Shown here: positions 1 through 8,160 of the stretch, one piece after another
How the letters are laid out: the number at the start of each line of letters is the position of its first letter
Position numbering within the stretch: the stretch's first letter is position 1
Made by a program: the position numbers and the translations under genes
Notes under the pieces: generated by a model
What the model was told of the DNA's origin: nothing
What the model saw: only the letters and a program-made list of their open reading frames with translations
Database searches by the model: none
From: a virus
Lineage: Duplodnaviria; Heunggongvirae; Uroviricota; Caudoviricetes
Strand: one strand, 5' to 3'
DNA: 32,517 nt
Virus record (IMG/VR): IMGVR_UViG_2718218100_000008

Positions 1-1143
1 CTATGCTGTTTTGATATCTACGATAATCCAGTCTTTACCACGATCATCATTGTATCGGTCGGTCATTTTTCTGGATTTATGACCTAACAACTTTTGCGTA
101 TCCAGACCCTGTTCCCGATATAACCGTTCTGACAGAGATCGCTGCTCATGAAATGTGGGCGCAGTTCCTTGCTCCCATTTTATGCCACATTTTTCCCTGG
201 CCTTTTTAAAAGCCGTTGTAAGAGTATTTGCAGACACCTGGTCTCCTCTGTTTGCTTGAGAGGTAGTGTGACGGTAATGGACCAGATATTTACTAACAAC
301 AGCATCCCTGCACTGAGATATAACTTCACGAAGGGTAATATTCAGAGCATCGCATTTCAGGTTAAGCGGAATAGCAAGTTTTGAACCGGTTTTTTCCTGA
401 GTAATGTGCAACATGTCGTCCCAGATATCAGAGAATTTCAAATTGCAGATATCGCTTAAACGTTGTCCAGTGACAAGAGCAAGTAGCATCCCGCATTTTA
501 AATAGGGCTGCCGTCTGCTTACGCTGTCAAATATTGCCTGCCATTCGGGCAGTGATAATCTTTGGCGGTTTACTCGATTTCGCGGTTGTTTTGTTGCCTG
601 CGCTGGGTTAAATCCTGGCGGAACATGTCCTGCGTGTTGTGCTTCTTTGAAGACGTCGATCAACACCATTCTCACGACTTGCGCCATCCTGTTATGACCT
701 TCAGCCTTTACAGCATCAATTATTTCGGCAATATCAAGTGCGGTAATATCCTTGAGGTGTTGCATTCCACAATGCTCACGGAAAAGACGGATGGGTTTGC
801 CTTTTTGCCGATAGGAGTTGGGTCTTAGTTCATTATGTTGCAGCCTGTCCTCCTGGATAGAATTATATTTATCAAGCCATTCTGTCACCGTAATGTCTGA
901 GCGCCTGCCTTTCATTCTTTCCAGACGCTCATTGACGCTTAATATTTGTCGGGTACGTTGTTCAGCAATAATGGTATTTGCTTCAGTAGCAACTTGTTTT
1001 GCTTCATTCTCATCAGTTCCTAAGCTATGAAAACGACCGGATAGTGGATGTTTGTATTGCCAATATACCTTTCCGGTTCGCTTATCTAATTTGCAATATA
1101 AATTGGGTATAGAGATTTTGTGAGATCGGGGGCTAGCAGCCAT
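1..1143 (-). CDS. int: Phage tyrosine integrase (site-specific recombinase), complete; stop codon at window positions 1-3
   Basis: 380-aa ORF; C-terminal catalytic region shows the H-x-x-R (TFHEQRSLSERLY) and terminal Tyr (KSRKMTDRY) pattern of tyrosine recombinases; 11-bp overlap with the upstream excisionase-like ORF; sits at the prophage end. Confidence 0.9.
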   Translation of the reverse strand: MAASPRSHKISIPNLYCKLDKRTGKVYWQYKHPLSGRFHSLGTDENEAKQVATEANTIIAEQRTRQILSVNERLERMKGRRSDITVTEWLDKYNSIQEDRLQHNELRPNSYRQKGKPIRLFREHCGMQHLKDITALDIAEIIDAVKAEGHNRMAQVVRMVLIDVFKEAQHAGHVPPGFNPAQATKQPRNRVNRQRLSLPEWQAIFDSVSRRQPYLKCGMLLALVTGQRLSDICNLKFSDIWDDMLHITQEKTGSKLAIPLNLKCDALNITLREVISQCRDAVVSKYLVHYRHTTSQANRGDQVSANTLTTAFKKAREKCGIKWEQGTAPTFHEQRSLSERLYREQGLDTQKLLGHKSRKMTDRYNDDRGKDWIIVDIKTA

Positions 1144-1369
1144 CAGCGATTATCCGTTGGAGTTTTGGGTTTGCGTTTATTGGGAGTTGCGGTTCTGCAA
1201 GCGTTCCTACAAAACGGGAATTTCGGTCAATCATCCAGTAGCGACCAACTTTTATAGCGGGTGGGGCCATCATTTTCCCTTGCGCGTATTTTTTCAGAAC
1301 TCGCTCACTTGGTGCTAAGTCCCCAAATTCTTCTTTAGCCCAGTCCCGTAAAGTGATTAGTCGAGACAT
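1133..1369 (-). CDS. xis: Excisionase-like small DNA-binding protein
   Basis: 78-aa ORF directly upstream of and overlapping int on the same strand, the classic xis-int arrangement; family assignment from recalled similarity to lambdoid prophage excisionases. Confidence 0.7.
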   Translation of the reverse strand: MSRLITLRDWAKEEFGDLAPSERVLKKYAQGKMMAPPAIKVGRYWMIDRNSRFVGTLAEPQLPINANPKLQRIIADGC

Positions 1370-1472
1370 TTGTCCTCCTCTTAGCTGCTGAGGGAGTTTG
1401 TGACCGATATATCTGACATGATATTAAGCTCATGGCAGGTACATCTCTTGACTGGTCATAGAGATAAATTTA

Positions 1473-2297
1473 ATGCTGAGAAATGCAGTATTGAATTTAT
1501 CAATTTTTCACCAGCTTCTGGTCTTTCTGGCTGTCATGCGCAAAACATATGGCTTTAATAAAAAACTGGATTGGGTTAGCAACGAGCAACTTTCCGAATT
1601 AACCGGGATATTGCCGCACAAGTGTTCTGCTGCAAAAAGTGTTCTGGTAAAGCGTGGGATTTTTATTCAGAGCGGGCGGAATACCGGCATTAATAATGTG
1701 GTCAGTGAATGGTCAACATTACCCGAATCAGGTAAGAAAAATAAAGTTTACCTGAAAGAGGTAAATTTACCTGAATCAGGTAAAAAAAGTTTACCCAAAT
1801 CAGGTAAAGGCGTTTACCCGAATCAGGTAAACACAAAAGACAAACTAACAAAAGACAATATAAAACCTTTTTCGTCCGAGAATTCTGGCGAATCCTCTGA
1901 CCAACCAGAAAACGATCTTCCTGTGGTGAAACCGGATGCTGCAATTCAGAGCGGCAGCAAGTGGGGGACAGCAGAAGACCTGACCGCCGCAGAGTGGATG
2001 TTTGACATGGTGAAGACCATCGCGCCATCAGCCAGAAAACCGAATTTTGCAGGGTGGGCTAACGATATCCGCCTGATGCGTGAACGTGACGGACGTAACC
2101 ACCGCGACATGTGCGTGCTGTTCCGCTGGGCATGCCAGGACAACTTCTGGTCCGGTAACGTGCTAAGTCCGGCCAAACTCCGCGACAAGTGGACCCAGCT
2201 CGAAATCAACCGTAACAAGCAACAGGCAGGCATGATAGCCAGCAAACCAAAACTCGACCTGACAAACACTGACTGGATTTACGGGGTGGATTTATGA
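1473..2297 (+). CDS. O: Replication initiation protein O; C-terminal half matches lambda O as recalled, N-terminal iteron-binding part diverged and apparently shortened
   Basis: 274-aa ORF; C-terminus (TKDNIKP...NFAGWANDIRLMRERDGRNHRDMCVLFRWACQDNFWSGNVLSPAKLRDKWTQLEINRNKQQAG...TDWIYGVDL) matches lambda O; an in-frame TGA at 1449-1451 prevents any upstream extension; stop overlaps the P start (ATGA). Confidence 0.85.
   Translation: MLRNAVLNLSIFHQLLVFLAVMRKTYGFNKKLDWVSNEQLSELTGILPHKCSAAKSVLVKRGIFIQSGRNTGINNVVSEWSTLPESGKKNKVYLKEVNLPESGKKSLPKSGKGVYPNQVNTKDKLTKDNIKPFSSENSGESSDQPENDLPVVKPDAAIQSGSKWGTAEDLTAAEWMFDMVKTIAPSARKPNFAGWANDIRLMRERDGRNHRDMCVLFRWACQDNFWSGNVLSPAKLRDKWTQLEINRNKQQAGMIASKPKLDLTNTDWIYGVDL
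1719..1831. repeat. Replication origin iterons: five direct repeats of a ~19-bp palindromic unit (TTTACC-N7-GGTAAA) inside the O gene, followed by an A/T-rich block (1832-1870)
   Basis: Repeat copies read at 1719-1735, 1747-1765, 1766-1784, 1790-1808 and 1813-1831; lambdoid origins are known to lie inside O as iterons followed by an AT-rich unwinding region. Confidence 0.8.
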
Positions 2298-2995
2298 AAA
2301 ACATCGCCGCACAGATGGTTAACTTTGACCGTGAGCAGATGCGTCGGATCGCCAACAACATGCCGGAACAGTACGACGAAAAGCCGCAGGTACAGCAGGT
2401 AGCGCAGATCATCAACGGTGTGTTCAGCCAGTTACTGGCAACTTTCCCGGCGAGTCTGGCTAACCGTGACCAGAACGAACTGAACGAAATCCGCCGCCAG
2501 TGGGTTCTGGCTTTCCGGGAAAACGGGATCACCACAATGGAACAGGTTAACGCAGGAATGCGCGTAGCCCGTCGGCAGAATCGACCATTTCTGCCATCAC
2601 CCGGGCAGTTTGTTGCATGGTGCCGGGAAGAAGCATCCGTTATCGCCGGACTGCCAAACGTCAGCGAGCTGGTTGATATGGTTTACGAGTATTGCCGGAA
2701 GCGTGGCCTGTATCCGGATGCAGAGTCTTATCCGTGGAAATCGAACGCGCATTACTGGTTGGTTACCAACTTGTACCAGAACATGCGGGCCAATGCGCTG
2801 ACTGACGCGGAATTACGGCGCAAGGCTGCCGATGAACTGACCTGTATGACAGCGCGAATTAACCGTGGTGAGACGATACCTGAACCAGTAAAACAACTTC
2901 CTGTTATGGGCGGTAGACCTCTAAATCGTGCACAGGCTCTGGCGAAGATCGCAGAAATTAAAGCTAAGTTCGGACTGAAAGGAGCAAGTGTATGA
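2294..2995 (+). CDS. P: Replication protein P (DnaB helicase loader)
   Basis: 233-aa ORF matching lambda P along its length as recalled (MKNIAAQMVNFDREQMRRIANNMPEQYDEKPQVQQ...KAKFGLKGASV); ATGA overlap with O. Confidence 0.95.
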   Translation: MKNIAAQMVNFDREQMRRIANNMPEQYDEKPQVQQVAQIINGVFSQLLATFPASLANRDQNELNEIRRQWVLAFRENGITTMEQVNAGMRVARRQNRPFLPSPGQFVAWCREEASVIAGLPNVSELVDMVYEYCRKRGLYPDAESYPWKSNAHYWLVTNLYQNMRANALTDAELRRKAADELTCMTARINRGETIPEPVKQLPVMGGRPLNRAQALAKIAEIKAKFGLKGASV

Positions 2996-3294
2996 CGGGC
3001 AAAGAGGCAATTATTCATTACCTGGGGACGCATAAGAGCTTCTGTGCACAGGACGTTGCCGCGGTAACAGGTGCAACCGTAACCAGCATAAATCAGGCTG
3101 CGGCTAAAATGGCGCGGGCAGGAATCCTGGTCGTTGATGGTAAGGTCTGGCGAACGGTGTATTACCGGTTCGCTACCAGAGAAGAACGGGAAGGAAAGGT
3201 GAGCACGAATCTGATTTTTAAGGAGTGTCGCCAGAGTGCCGCGATGAAACGGGTATTGAGGGTATATAAAAGAACATCAATGGGTACACAATGA
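2992..3294 (+). CDS. ren: Ren protein with a divergent C-terminal tail
   Basis: 100-aa ORF; the first ~85 residues match lambda Ren (MTGKEAIIHYLGTH...FATREEREGK...KECRQSAAMKRVL), after which the sequence diverges at the edge of the emrE island; ATGA overlap with P. Confidence 0.8.
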   Translation: MTGKEAIIHYLGTHKSFCAQDVAAVTGATVTSINQAAAKMARAGILVVDGKVWRTVYYRFATREEREGKVSTNLIFKECRQSAAMKRVLRVYKRTSMGTQ

Positions 3295-3311
3295 TGAAAC
3301 AGGTGAGTTGA

Positions 3312-3346
3312 GTTCAAACTGTAGTACAATTCTCTCCAGTTTGAAC
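3312..3346. promoter_or_regulatory. Perfect 10-bp inverted repeat (GTTCAAACTG / CAGTTTGAAC, 15-nt spacer) about 15 bp upstream of the emrE start
   Basis: Read directly from the sequence; candidate operator or RNA hairpin; no T-run follows, so not a typical intrinsic terminator. Confidence 0.3.
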
Positions 3347-3361
3347 AGGAAAGAATATGTT

Positions 3362-3694
3362 ATGAACCCTTATATTTATCTTGGTGGTGCAATACTTGCA
3401 GAGGTCATTGGTACAACCTTAATGAAGTTTTCAGAAGGTTTTACACGGTTATGGCCATCTGTTGGTACAATTATTTGTTATTGTGCATCATTCTGGTTAT
3501 TAGCTCAGACGCTGGCTTATATTCCTACAGGGATTGCTTATGCTATCTGGTCAGGAGTCGGTATTGTCCTGATTAGCTTACTATCATGGGGGTTTTTCGG
3601 CCAACGGCTGGACCTGCCAGCCGTTATAGGCATGATGTTGATTTGTGCCGGTGTGTTGGTTATTAATTTATTGTCACGAAGCACACCACATTAA
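3362..3694 (+). CDS. emrE: Small multidrug resistance (SMR) efflux transporter EmrE
   Basis: 110-aa product MNPYIYLGGAILAEVIGTTLMKFSEGF...LLSRSTPH matches E. coli EmrE as recalled; four hydrophobic helices; first in-frame ATG chosen at 3362 (the ORF-track start at 3308 is an upstream extension). Confidence 0.9.
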   Translation: MNPYIYLGGAILAEVIGTTLMKFSEGFTRLWPSVGTIICYCASFWLLAQTLAYIPTGIAYAIWSGVGIVLISLLSWGFFGQRLDLPAVIGMMLICAGVLVINLLSRSTPH

Positions 3695-3938
3695 AAATAA
3701 TTTCTTTTAAAAGACTGCAATATGGCGGTTCATATCTTTACATGGGCCGCTTTTGTTAATGTTTTTAGTTTTTGTGTATTCTTTTGTGCCTTCAAGATTA
3801 TTGCGTAAGCAAATTGCAATACGATTATTGTTGTATATTCAAGATAGTGTGATCGTAATTGTCTTTTTAAATAAAAATTAAACAAAAATTATATCTCACC
3901 ACTAAGGTTTATAAAAGCATAAGTTAGCAGGTGTCACC

Positions 3939-5465
3939 ATGAAAAAAGCCATAGCATATATGCGATTTTCATCACCAGGTCAGATGTCTGGCGACTCATT
4001 AAACCGACAGAGAAGACTTATTGCTGAATGGTTAAAGGTAAATAGTGATTATTATCTTGATACCATAACATATGAAGATTTAGGATTAAGTGCATTCAAA
4101 GGAAAGCATGCACAATCAGGAGCTTTTTCGGAATTTTTAGATGCTATAGAGCATGGTTATATATTGCCAGGAACTACATTGTTAGTTGAAAGTCTGGACA
4201 GACTTTCAAGAGAAAAAGTCGGTGAAGCGATTGAACGTCTGAAATTGATTTTGAATCACGGTATTGATGTTATAACTCTTTGCGACAATACAGTCTATAA
4301 TATTGACTCTTTGAATGAGCCATATTCATTAATAAAAGCCATACTTATAGCACAAAGGGCAAATGAAGAAAGCGAGATAAAGTCAAGTCGGGTTAAATTA
4401 TCATGGAAGAAAAAACGGCAGGATGCACTGGAATCAGGTACGATTATGACGGCGTCTTGTCCGAGATGGCTCTCCTTAGATGACAAAAGAACGGCTTTTG
4501 TTCCAGACCCCGACAGGGTGAAAACTATTGAGCTAATTTTTAAACTCAGGATGGAAAGGCGCTCATTGAATGCAATAGCCAAGTATTTAAATGATCATGC
4601 TGTAAAGAATTTCTCAGGAAAAGAAAGTGCATGGGGGCCTTCTGTAATTGAAAAATTATTAGCGAATAAAGCTCTGATAGGTATATGCGTACCTTCATAT
4701 CGTGCAAGAGGGAAAGGGATAAGTGAAATCGCTGGCTATTATCCCAGAGTCATATCAGATGATTTGTTTTACGCTGTACAGGAAATTCGGTTGGCACCTT
4801 TTGGTATTAGCAATAGTAGCAAGAATCCTATGCTAATAAATCTACTTCGAACAGTTATGAAGTGTGAGGCTTGTGGTAATACCATGATTGTTCATGCGGT
4901 ATCTGGAAGTTTGCATGGCTATTATGTTTGTCCGATGAGAAGATTACATCGATGTGACAGGCCATCAATAAAGAGAGATTTGGTTGATTATAATATCATT
5001 AATGAATTGCTTTTTAATTGTAGCAAAATTCAACCAGTTGAAAACAAGAAAGATGCTAATGAAACTTTAGAGTTAAAAATTATTGAGCTTCAGATGAAAA
5101 TTAATAATTTAATCGTTGCATTGTCTGTCGCGCCTGAAGTTACCGCTATAGCAGAGAAAATAAGACTATTAGATAAGGAATTACGAAGAGCTTTGGTATC
5201 ATTGAAAACTTTGAAGAGTAAAGGTGTAAATTCATTCAGTGATTTTTATGCTATTGACTTAACCAGTAAAAATGGACGAGAGTTATGCCGTACACTTGCC
5301 TATAAAATATTCGAAAAAATCATAATTAATACGGATAATAAAACCTGTGATATCTATTTTATGAATGGCATTGTTTTTAAACACTATCCTTTAATGAAAG
5401 TAATATCCGCCCAGCAGGCGATAAGTGCTCTCAAATATATGGTTGATGGTGAGGTTTATTTTTGA
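3939..5465 (+). CDS. ybcK: Large serine recombinase (resolvase/invertase-type N-terminal catalytic domain plus recombinase domain and zinc ribbon)
   Basis: 508-aa ORF; N-terminal motif AIAYMRFSSPGQ with candidate catalytic Ser; later Cys cluster CEACGN...YYVCPMRRLHRCD typical of large serine recombinase zinc ribbons; AT-rich codon usage; same emrE-adjacent position as ybcK in DLP12. Confidence 0.85.
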   Translation: MKKAIAYMRFSSPGQMSGDSLNRQRRLIAEWLKVNSDYYLDTITYEDLGLSAFKGKHAQSGAFSEFLDAIEHGYILPGTTLLVESLDRLSREKVGEAIERLKLILNHGIDVITLCDNTVYNIDSLNEPYSLIKAILIAQRANEESEIKSSRVKLSWKKKRQDALESGTIMTASCPRWLSLDDKRTAFVPDPDRVKTIELIFKLRMERRSLNAIAKYLNDHAVKNFSGKESAWGPSVIEKLLANKALIGICVPSYRARGKGISEIAGYYPRVISDDLFYAVQEIRLAPFGISNSSKNPMLINLLRTVMKCEACGNTMIVHAVSGSLHGYYVCPMRRLHRCDRPSIKRDLVDYNIINELLFNCSKIQPVENKKDANETLELKIIELQMKINNLIVALSVAPEVTAIAEKIRLLDKELRRALVSLKTLKSKGVNSFSDFYAIDLTSKNGRELCRTLAYKIFEKIIINTDNKTCDIYFMNGIVFKHYPLMKVISAQQAISALKYMVDGEVYF

Positions 5466-5818
5466 GTAATAATCACTTTTTCAACCGTGCTATGGTATGA
5501 AAGTAAAGTAACTACTATGATATTAACTATCGAGCAAGAATATCCCCAGGCACTCAACAGGGCGCAGGTCAACGTGAATCGGTCATGACACGACACCGAT
5601 TTTGCGGAATCAATGTTGCTTATGAATACAACATCCCGCTTAGTACATGTTCAACACATCAGCAAATTTTGAACTGGGTGTGGCACTTAACTGAAAAAAC
5701 ATGGATGACACAAAATGTTACTCGTCGCTTCATTGAAGTAGCTTGTGGATATCACAAGCTAGACTATCGCCAATGATATTCAATTTTTGATTTTTTAGTA
5801 TCAACCTTCCATAATAAT

Positions 5819-5847
5819 GTCACCGGAGCTTGAACAACTCCGGTGAC
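5819..5847. other. Perfect 10-bp inverted repeat GTCACCGGAG-N9-CTCCGGTGAC (strong hairpin or dimeric protein-binding site)
   Basis: Read directly from the sequence; lies in the unassigned spacer between the recombinase gene and ninB; flanking T-runs are weak, so terminator function is uncertain. Confidence 0.4.
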
Positions 5848-5871
5848 TTCTGCGCATTTAAGGGGACTTAA

Positions 5872-5970
5872 ATGCGACCACAATCTGAACTCCTTACCTT
5901 GTCACAGATGCAGAAATGCACCTGCGATGTCTTGCATCCAGCGTTTGATCTCTGCGGAGGTGAAGCGTGA
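5872..5970 (+). CDS. Small ORF (32 aa, [32 protein letters not shown]), possibly ylcH-like
   Basis: ATG preceded by an AAGGGGA Shine-Dalgarno-like motif; stop overlaps the GTG start of ninB/ybcN (GTGA); too short to judge by sequence alone. Confidence 0.3.
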   Translation: MRPQSELLTLSQMQKCTCDVLHPAFDLCGGEA

Positions 5971-6422
5971 ACCTCCCACAAGATGGCATCAAATTACATC
6001 GCGGTAACTTCACCGCTGTCGGTCAGCAGATCCAGACTTATCTGGAAGACGGCAAATGCTTTCGCATGGTGCTTAAACCGTGGCGCGAGAGACGCAGTCT
6101 TTCCCAGAATGCACTCAGCCACATGTGGTACAGCGAAATCAGTGAATACCTCATCAGCAGGGGGAAATCGTTCGCTACTTCAGCATGGGTAAAAGATGCT
6201 CTCAAACACACATACCTCGGTTATGAAACCAAGGACCTGGTTGATGTCGTAACCGGCGAAATCACTACTATCCAGTCGTTACGCCATACCTCCGATCTTG
6301 GTACCGGAGAGATGTATGTCTTCCTGTGTAAGGTTGAAGCCTGGGCGATGAATATTGGCTGCCACCTGACTATTCCACAGAGCTGCGAGTTCCAGCTGCT
6401 GCGTGACAAGCAGGAGGCGTAA
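5967..6422 (+). CDS. ybcN: NinB (Orf) family recombination protein, YbcN-like
   Basis: 151-aa ORF with GTG start; contains the [13 protein letters not shown] motif that resembles lambda NinB; position at the head of the nin block. Confidence 0.8.
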   Translation: MNLPQDGIKLHRGNFTAVGQQIQTYLEDGKCFRMVLKPWRERRSLSQNALSHMWYSEISEYLISRGKSFATSAWVKDALKHTYLGYETKDLVDVVTGEITTIQSLRHTSDLGTGEMYVFLCKVEAWAMNIGCHLTIPQSCEFQLLRDKQEA

Positions 6423-6592
6423 TGGCTACACCGCTTATTCGTGTCATGAACGGACACATCTACAAAGTACCAAATCGTCGTAAGCGTAAACCTGAGCTGA
6501 AGCCATCCGAAATACCAACACTGCTCGGATATACCGCCAGCCTGGTTGATAAAAAATGGTTGCGACTGGCAGCAAGGAGGAATCATGGCTGA
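6422..6592 (+). CDS. ninE: NinE family small basic protein (56 aa; below the ORF-track length cutoff)
   Basis: Translated by hand: [56 protein letters not shown]; TAATG overlap with ybcN and ATGGCTGA overlap with ybcO. Confidence 0.7.
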   Translation: MATPLIRVMNGHIYKVPNRRKRKPELKPSEIPTLLGYTASLVDKKWLRLAARRNHG

Positions 6593-6875
6593 TTTGAGAA
6601 AAGCAGCGCGTAGTCGGGAATGCCAAGTAAGAATCCCTGGCGTATGTAATGGCAACCCTGAAACGTCTGTACTGGCACATATCCGGCTGACTGGATTGTG
6701 CGGCACCGGTACCAAACCGCCAGACTTGATTGCCACCATTGCATGTTCTGCCTGCCACGACGAAATCGACCGCCGCACACATTTTGTCGATGCTGCATAT
6801 GCAAAAGAATGCGCGCTGGAAGGTATGGCGAGAACACAGGTTATCTGGCTGAAAGAGGGGGTTATTAAGGCGTGA
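6585..6875 (+). CDS. ybcO: YbcO-like Cys-rich protein (DUF1364 family, putative nuclease)
   Basis: 96-aa product starting [28 protein letters not shown]; conserved Cys/His positions; start chosen at the second in-frame ATG by recalled homologue length. Confidence 0.75.
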
Positions 6876-7234
6876 ATACCTACAGCATCACATTACCCTG
6901 GCCTCCGAGCAATAATCGCTACTACCGGCATAATCGCGGGCGCACGCACATCAGCGCAGAAGGGCAGGCATACCGTGATAACGTCGCCCGAATCATCAAA
7001 GGCTCCATGCTGGATATCGGCCTGGCTATGCCAGTGAAAATCCGTATTGAGTGCCACATGCCGGATCGCCGTCGCCGTGACCTGGATAATCTGCAAAAAG
7101 CCGCTTTTGACGCACTCACCAAAGCAGGTTTCTGGCTGGATGATGCTCAGGTCGTTGATTACCGTGTTGTGAAGATGCCCGTTACCAAAGGTGGGAAGCT
7201 GGAGCTGACCATCACCGAACTGGGGAATGAATGA
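6872..7234 (+). CDS. rusA: Holliday junction resolvase RusA
   Basis: 120-aa ORF; RusA-like sequence with acidic residues in [30 protein letters not shown]; nin-region position. Confidence 0.9.
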
Positions 7235-7371
7235 TGTTTGAGTCTTATATGGCAGAACGTCTTCGCCACCGCTGGATGCGCCTGCGCTTATATCGTTTTC
7301 CTGGTTCTGTTTTGACCGATTACCGGATACTGAAGAATTACGCCAAAACACTGAAAGGAGCTGCCGCATGA
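7231..7371 (+). CDS. ylcG: Small ORF (46 aa, [46 protein letters not shown]), ylcG-like
   Basis: Fills the gap between rusA and the Q-position gene with start/stop overlaps on both sides; below the ORF-track cutoff. Confidence 0.45.
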
Positions 7372-8057
7372 ATACCCAATATTTACAGTATGTCCGCGAG
7401 CAACTCATTGTGGCTACCGCTGATTTGAGCGGAGCAACGAAAGGACAGCTTGAAGCCTGGCTGGAGCATGCACAATTTGATACTGGTACATACAAACGAA
7501 AGAAGCCGCGCATTCTGGATGAGGTAACTGGCAGGATGATTACGCTGGATAATCCGCCGATTTCCGGTAAGCAGTCGTACGCAAAAGGTTCATCCATTGC
7601 ACTGGTCAGCCAGGTTGAGTTCTCAACCTCGTCATGGCGCCGCGCGGTTCTGTCTCTCGAAGAACATCAGAAAGCGTGGTTGCTGTGGAGTTACAGCGAA
7701 AGTGTTCGCTGGGAACATCAGGTCACCATAACGCAGTGGGCATGGAGCGAGTTTAAGACTCTGTTGGGTACCAGGAAAATTGCAGGTAAGACACTGGAAC
7801 GTTTGAAGAAGTTGATCTGGCTGGCGGCACAGGATGTGAAGAACGAGCTGGCAGGGCGTAAGACCTATGAATACCAGGAGCTGGCATCACTGGTGGGAGT
7901 GACATCAAAAAACTGGTCTGAGACATTTACTGAACGCTGGGTTGCAATGAAACACATTTTTCTACAGCTTGATAGCCAAGCTTTATTGCTTTTAACGAAA
8001 ACACGTTCAAAACAAAAGACCACATTTTCACAGCAAGATATTGCAAAACTGGATTAA
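7368..8057 (+). CDS. Putative late-gene antiterminator (Q-position protein), not the lambda Q family
   Basis: 229-aa ORF in the position where lambdoid phages encode Q (after the nin genes, before the lysis cassette); contains no cysteine, so it lacks the Zn-finger of lambda Q; helix-turn-helix-like segment YQELASLVGVTSKNWSETF; call is by synteny. Confidence 0.5.
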   Translation: MNTQYLQYVREQLIVATADLSGATKGQLEAWLEHAQFDTGTYKRKKPRILDEVTGRMITLDNPPISGKQSYAKGSSIALVSQVEFSTSSWRRAVLSLEEHQKAWLLWSYSESVRWEHQVTITQWAWSEFKTLLGTRKIAGKTLERLKKLIWLAAQDVKNELAGRKTYEYQELASLVGVTSKNWSETFTERWVAMKHIFLQLDSQALLLLTKTRSKQKTTFSQQDIAKLD

Positions 8058-8069
8058 AAATCATATATT
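8041..8069 (+). promoter_or_regulatory. Candidate late promoter (pR'-like): -35 TTGCAA (8041-8046), 17-bp spacer, -10 TATATT (8064-8069)
   Basis: Sigma-70-like hexamers read directly; overlaps the 3-prime end of the Q-position gene as in lambda; predicted start ~8077 gives a ~190-nt leader to the terminator at 8239-8264. Confidence 0.3.
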
Positions 8070-8124
8070 TTATGTAAATCTGATATTTTGCCAATGTTGT
8101 ACGCACTGGCAGTAATCCAAATTC

Positions 8125-8160
8125 AAGCCCGAGGTTTAAAGCCTTGGGCTTTTCTGTTTC
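8125..8160 (+). terminator. Intrinsic terminator-like hairpin (AAGCCCGAGG / CCTTGGGCTT with one G-U pair) followed by TTTCTGTTTC
   Basis: Stem, loop and U-rich tail read directly from the sequence. Confidence 0.45.

Noticed and set aside
1448-1476. Sigma-70-like promoter for O (TTGACT, 17-bp spacer, TAATGC)
   Set aside because: The -10 match is poor and the element overlaps the start codon; too weak to report as a feature.
3939-5465. Insertion sequence or transposon
   Set aside because: The recombinase is a large serine recombinase, not a DDE transposase, and no terminal inverted repeats typical of IS elements flank it; treated as part of a cargo island.
5585-5776. 63-codon ORF in the recombinase-to-ninB spacer
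   Set aside because: No ribosome-binding site and no recognisable domain; may be a gene remnant, so not called as a CDS (mentioned under the spacer finding).
6221-7597. Minus-strand ORFs of 185 and 234 codons across the nin block and Q region
   Set aside because: Antisense to tightly packed, homology-supported plus-strand genes; likely chance open frames.
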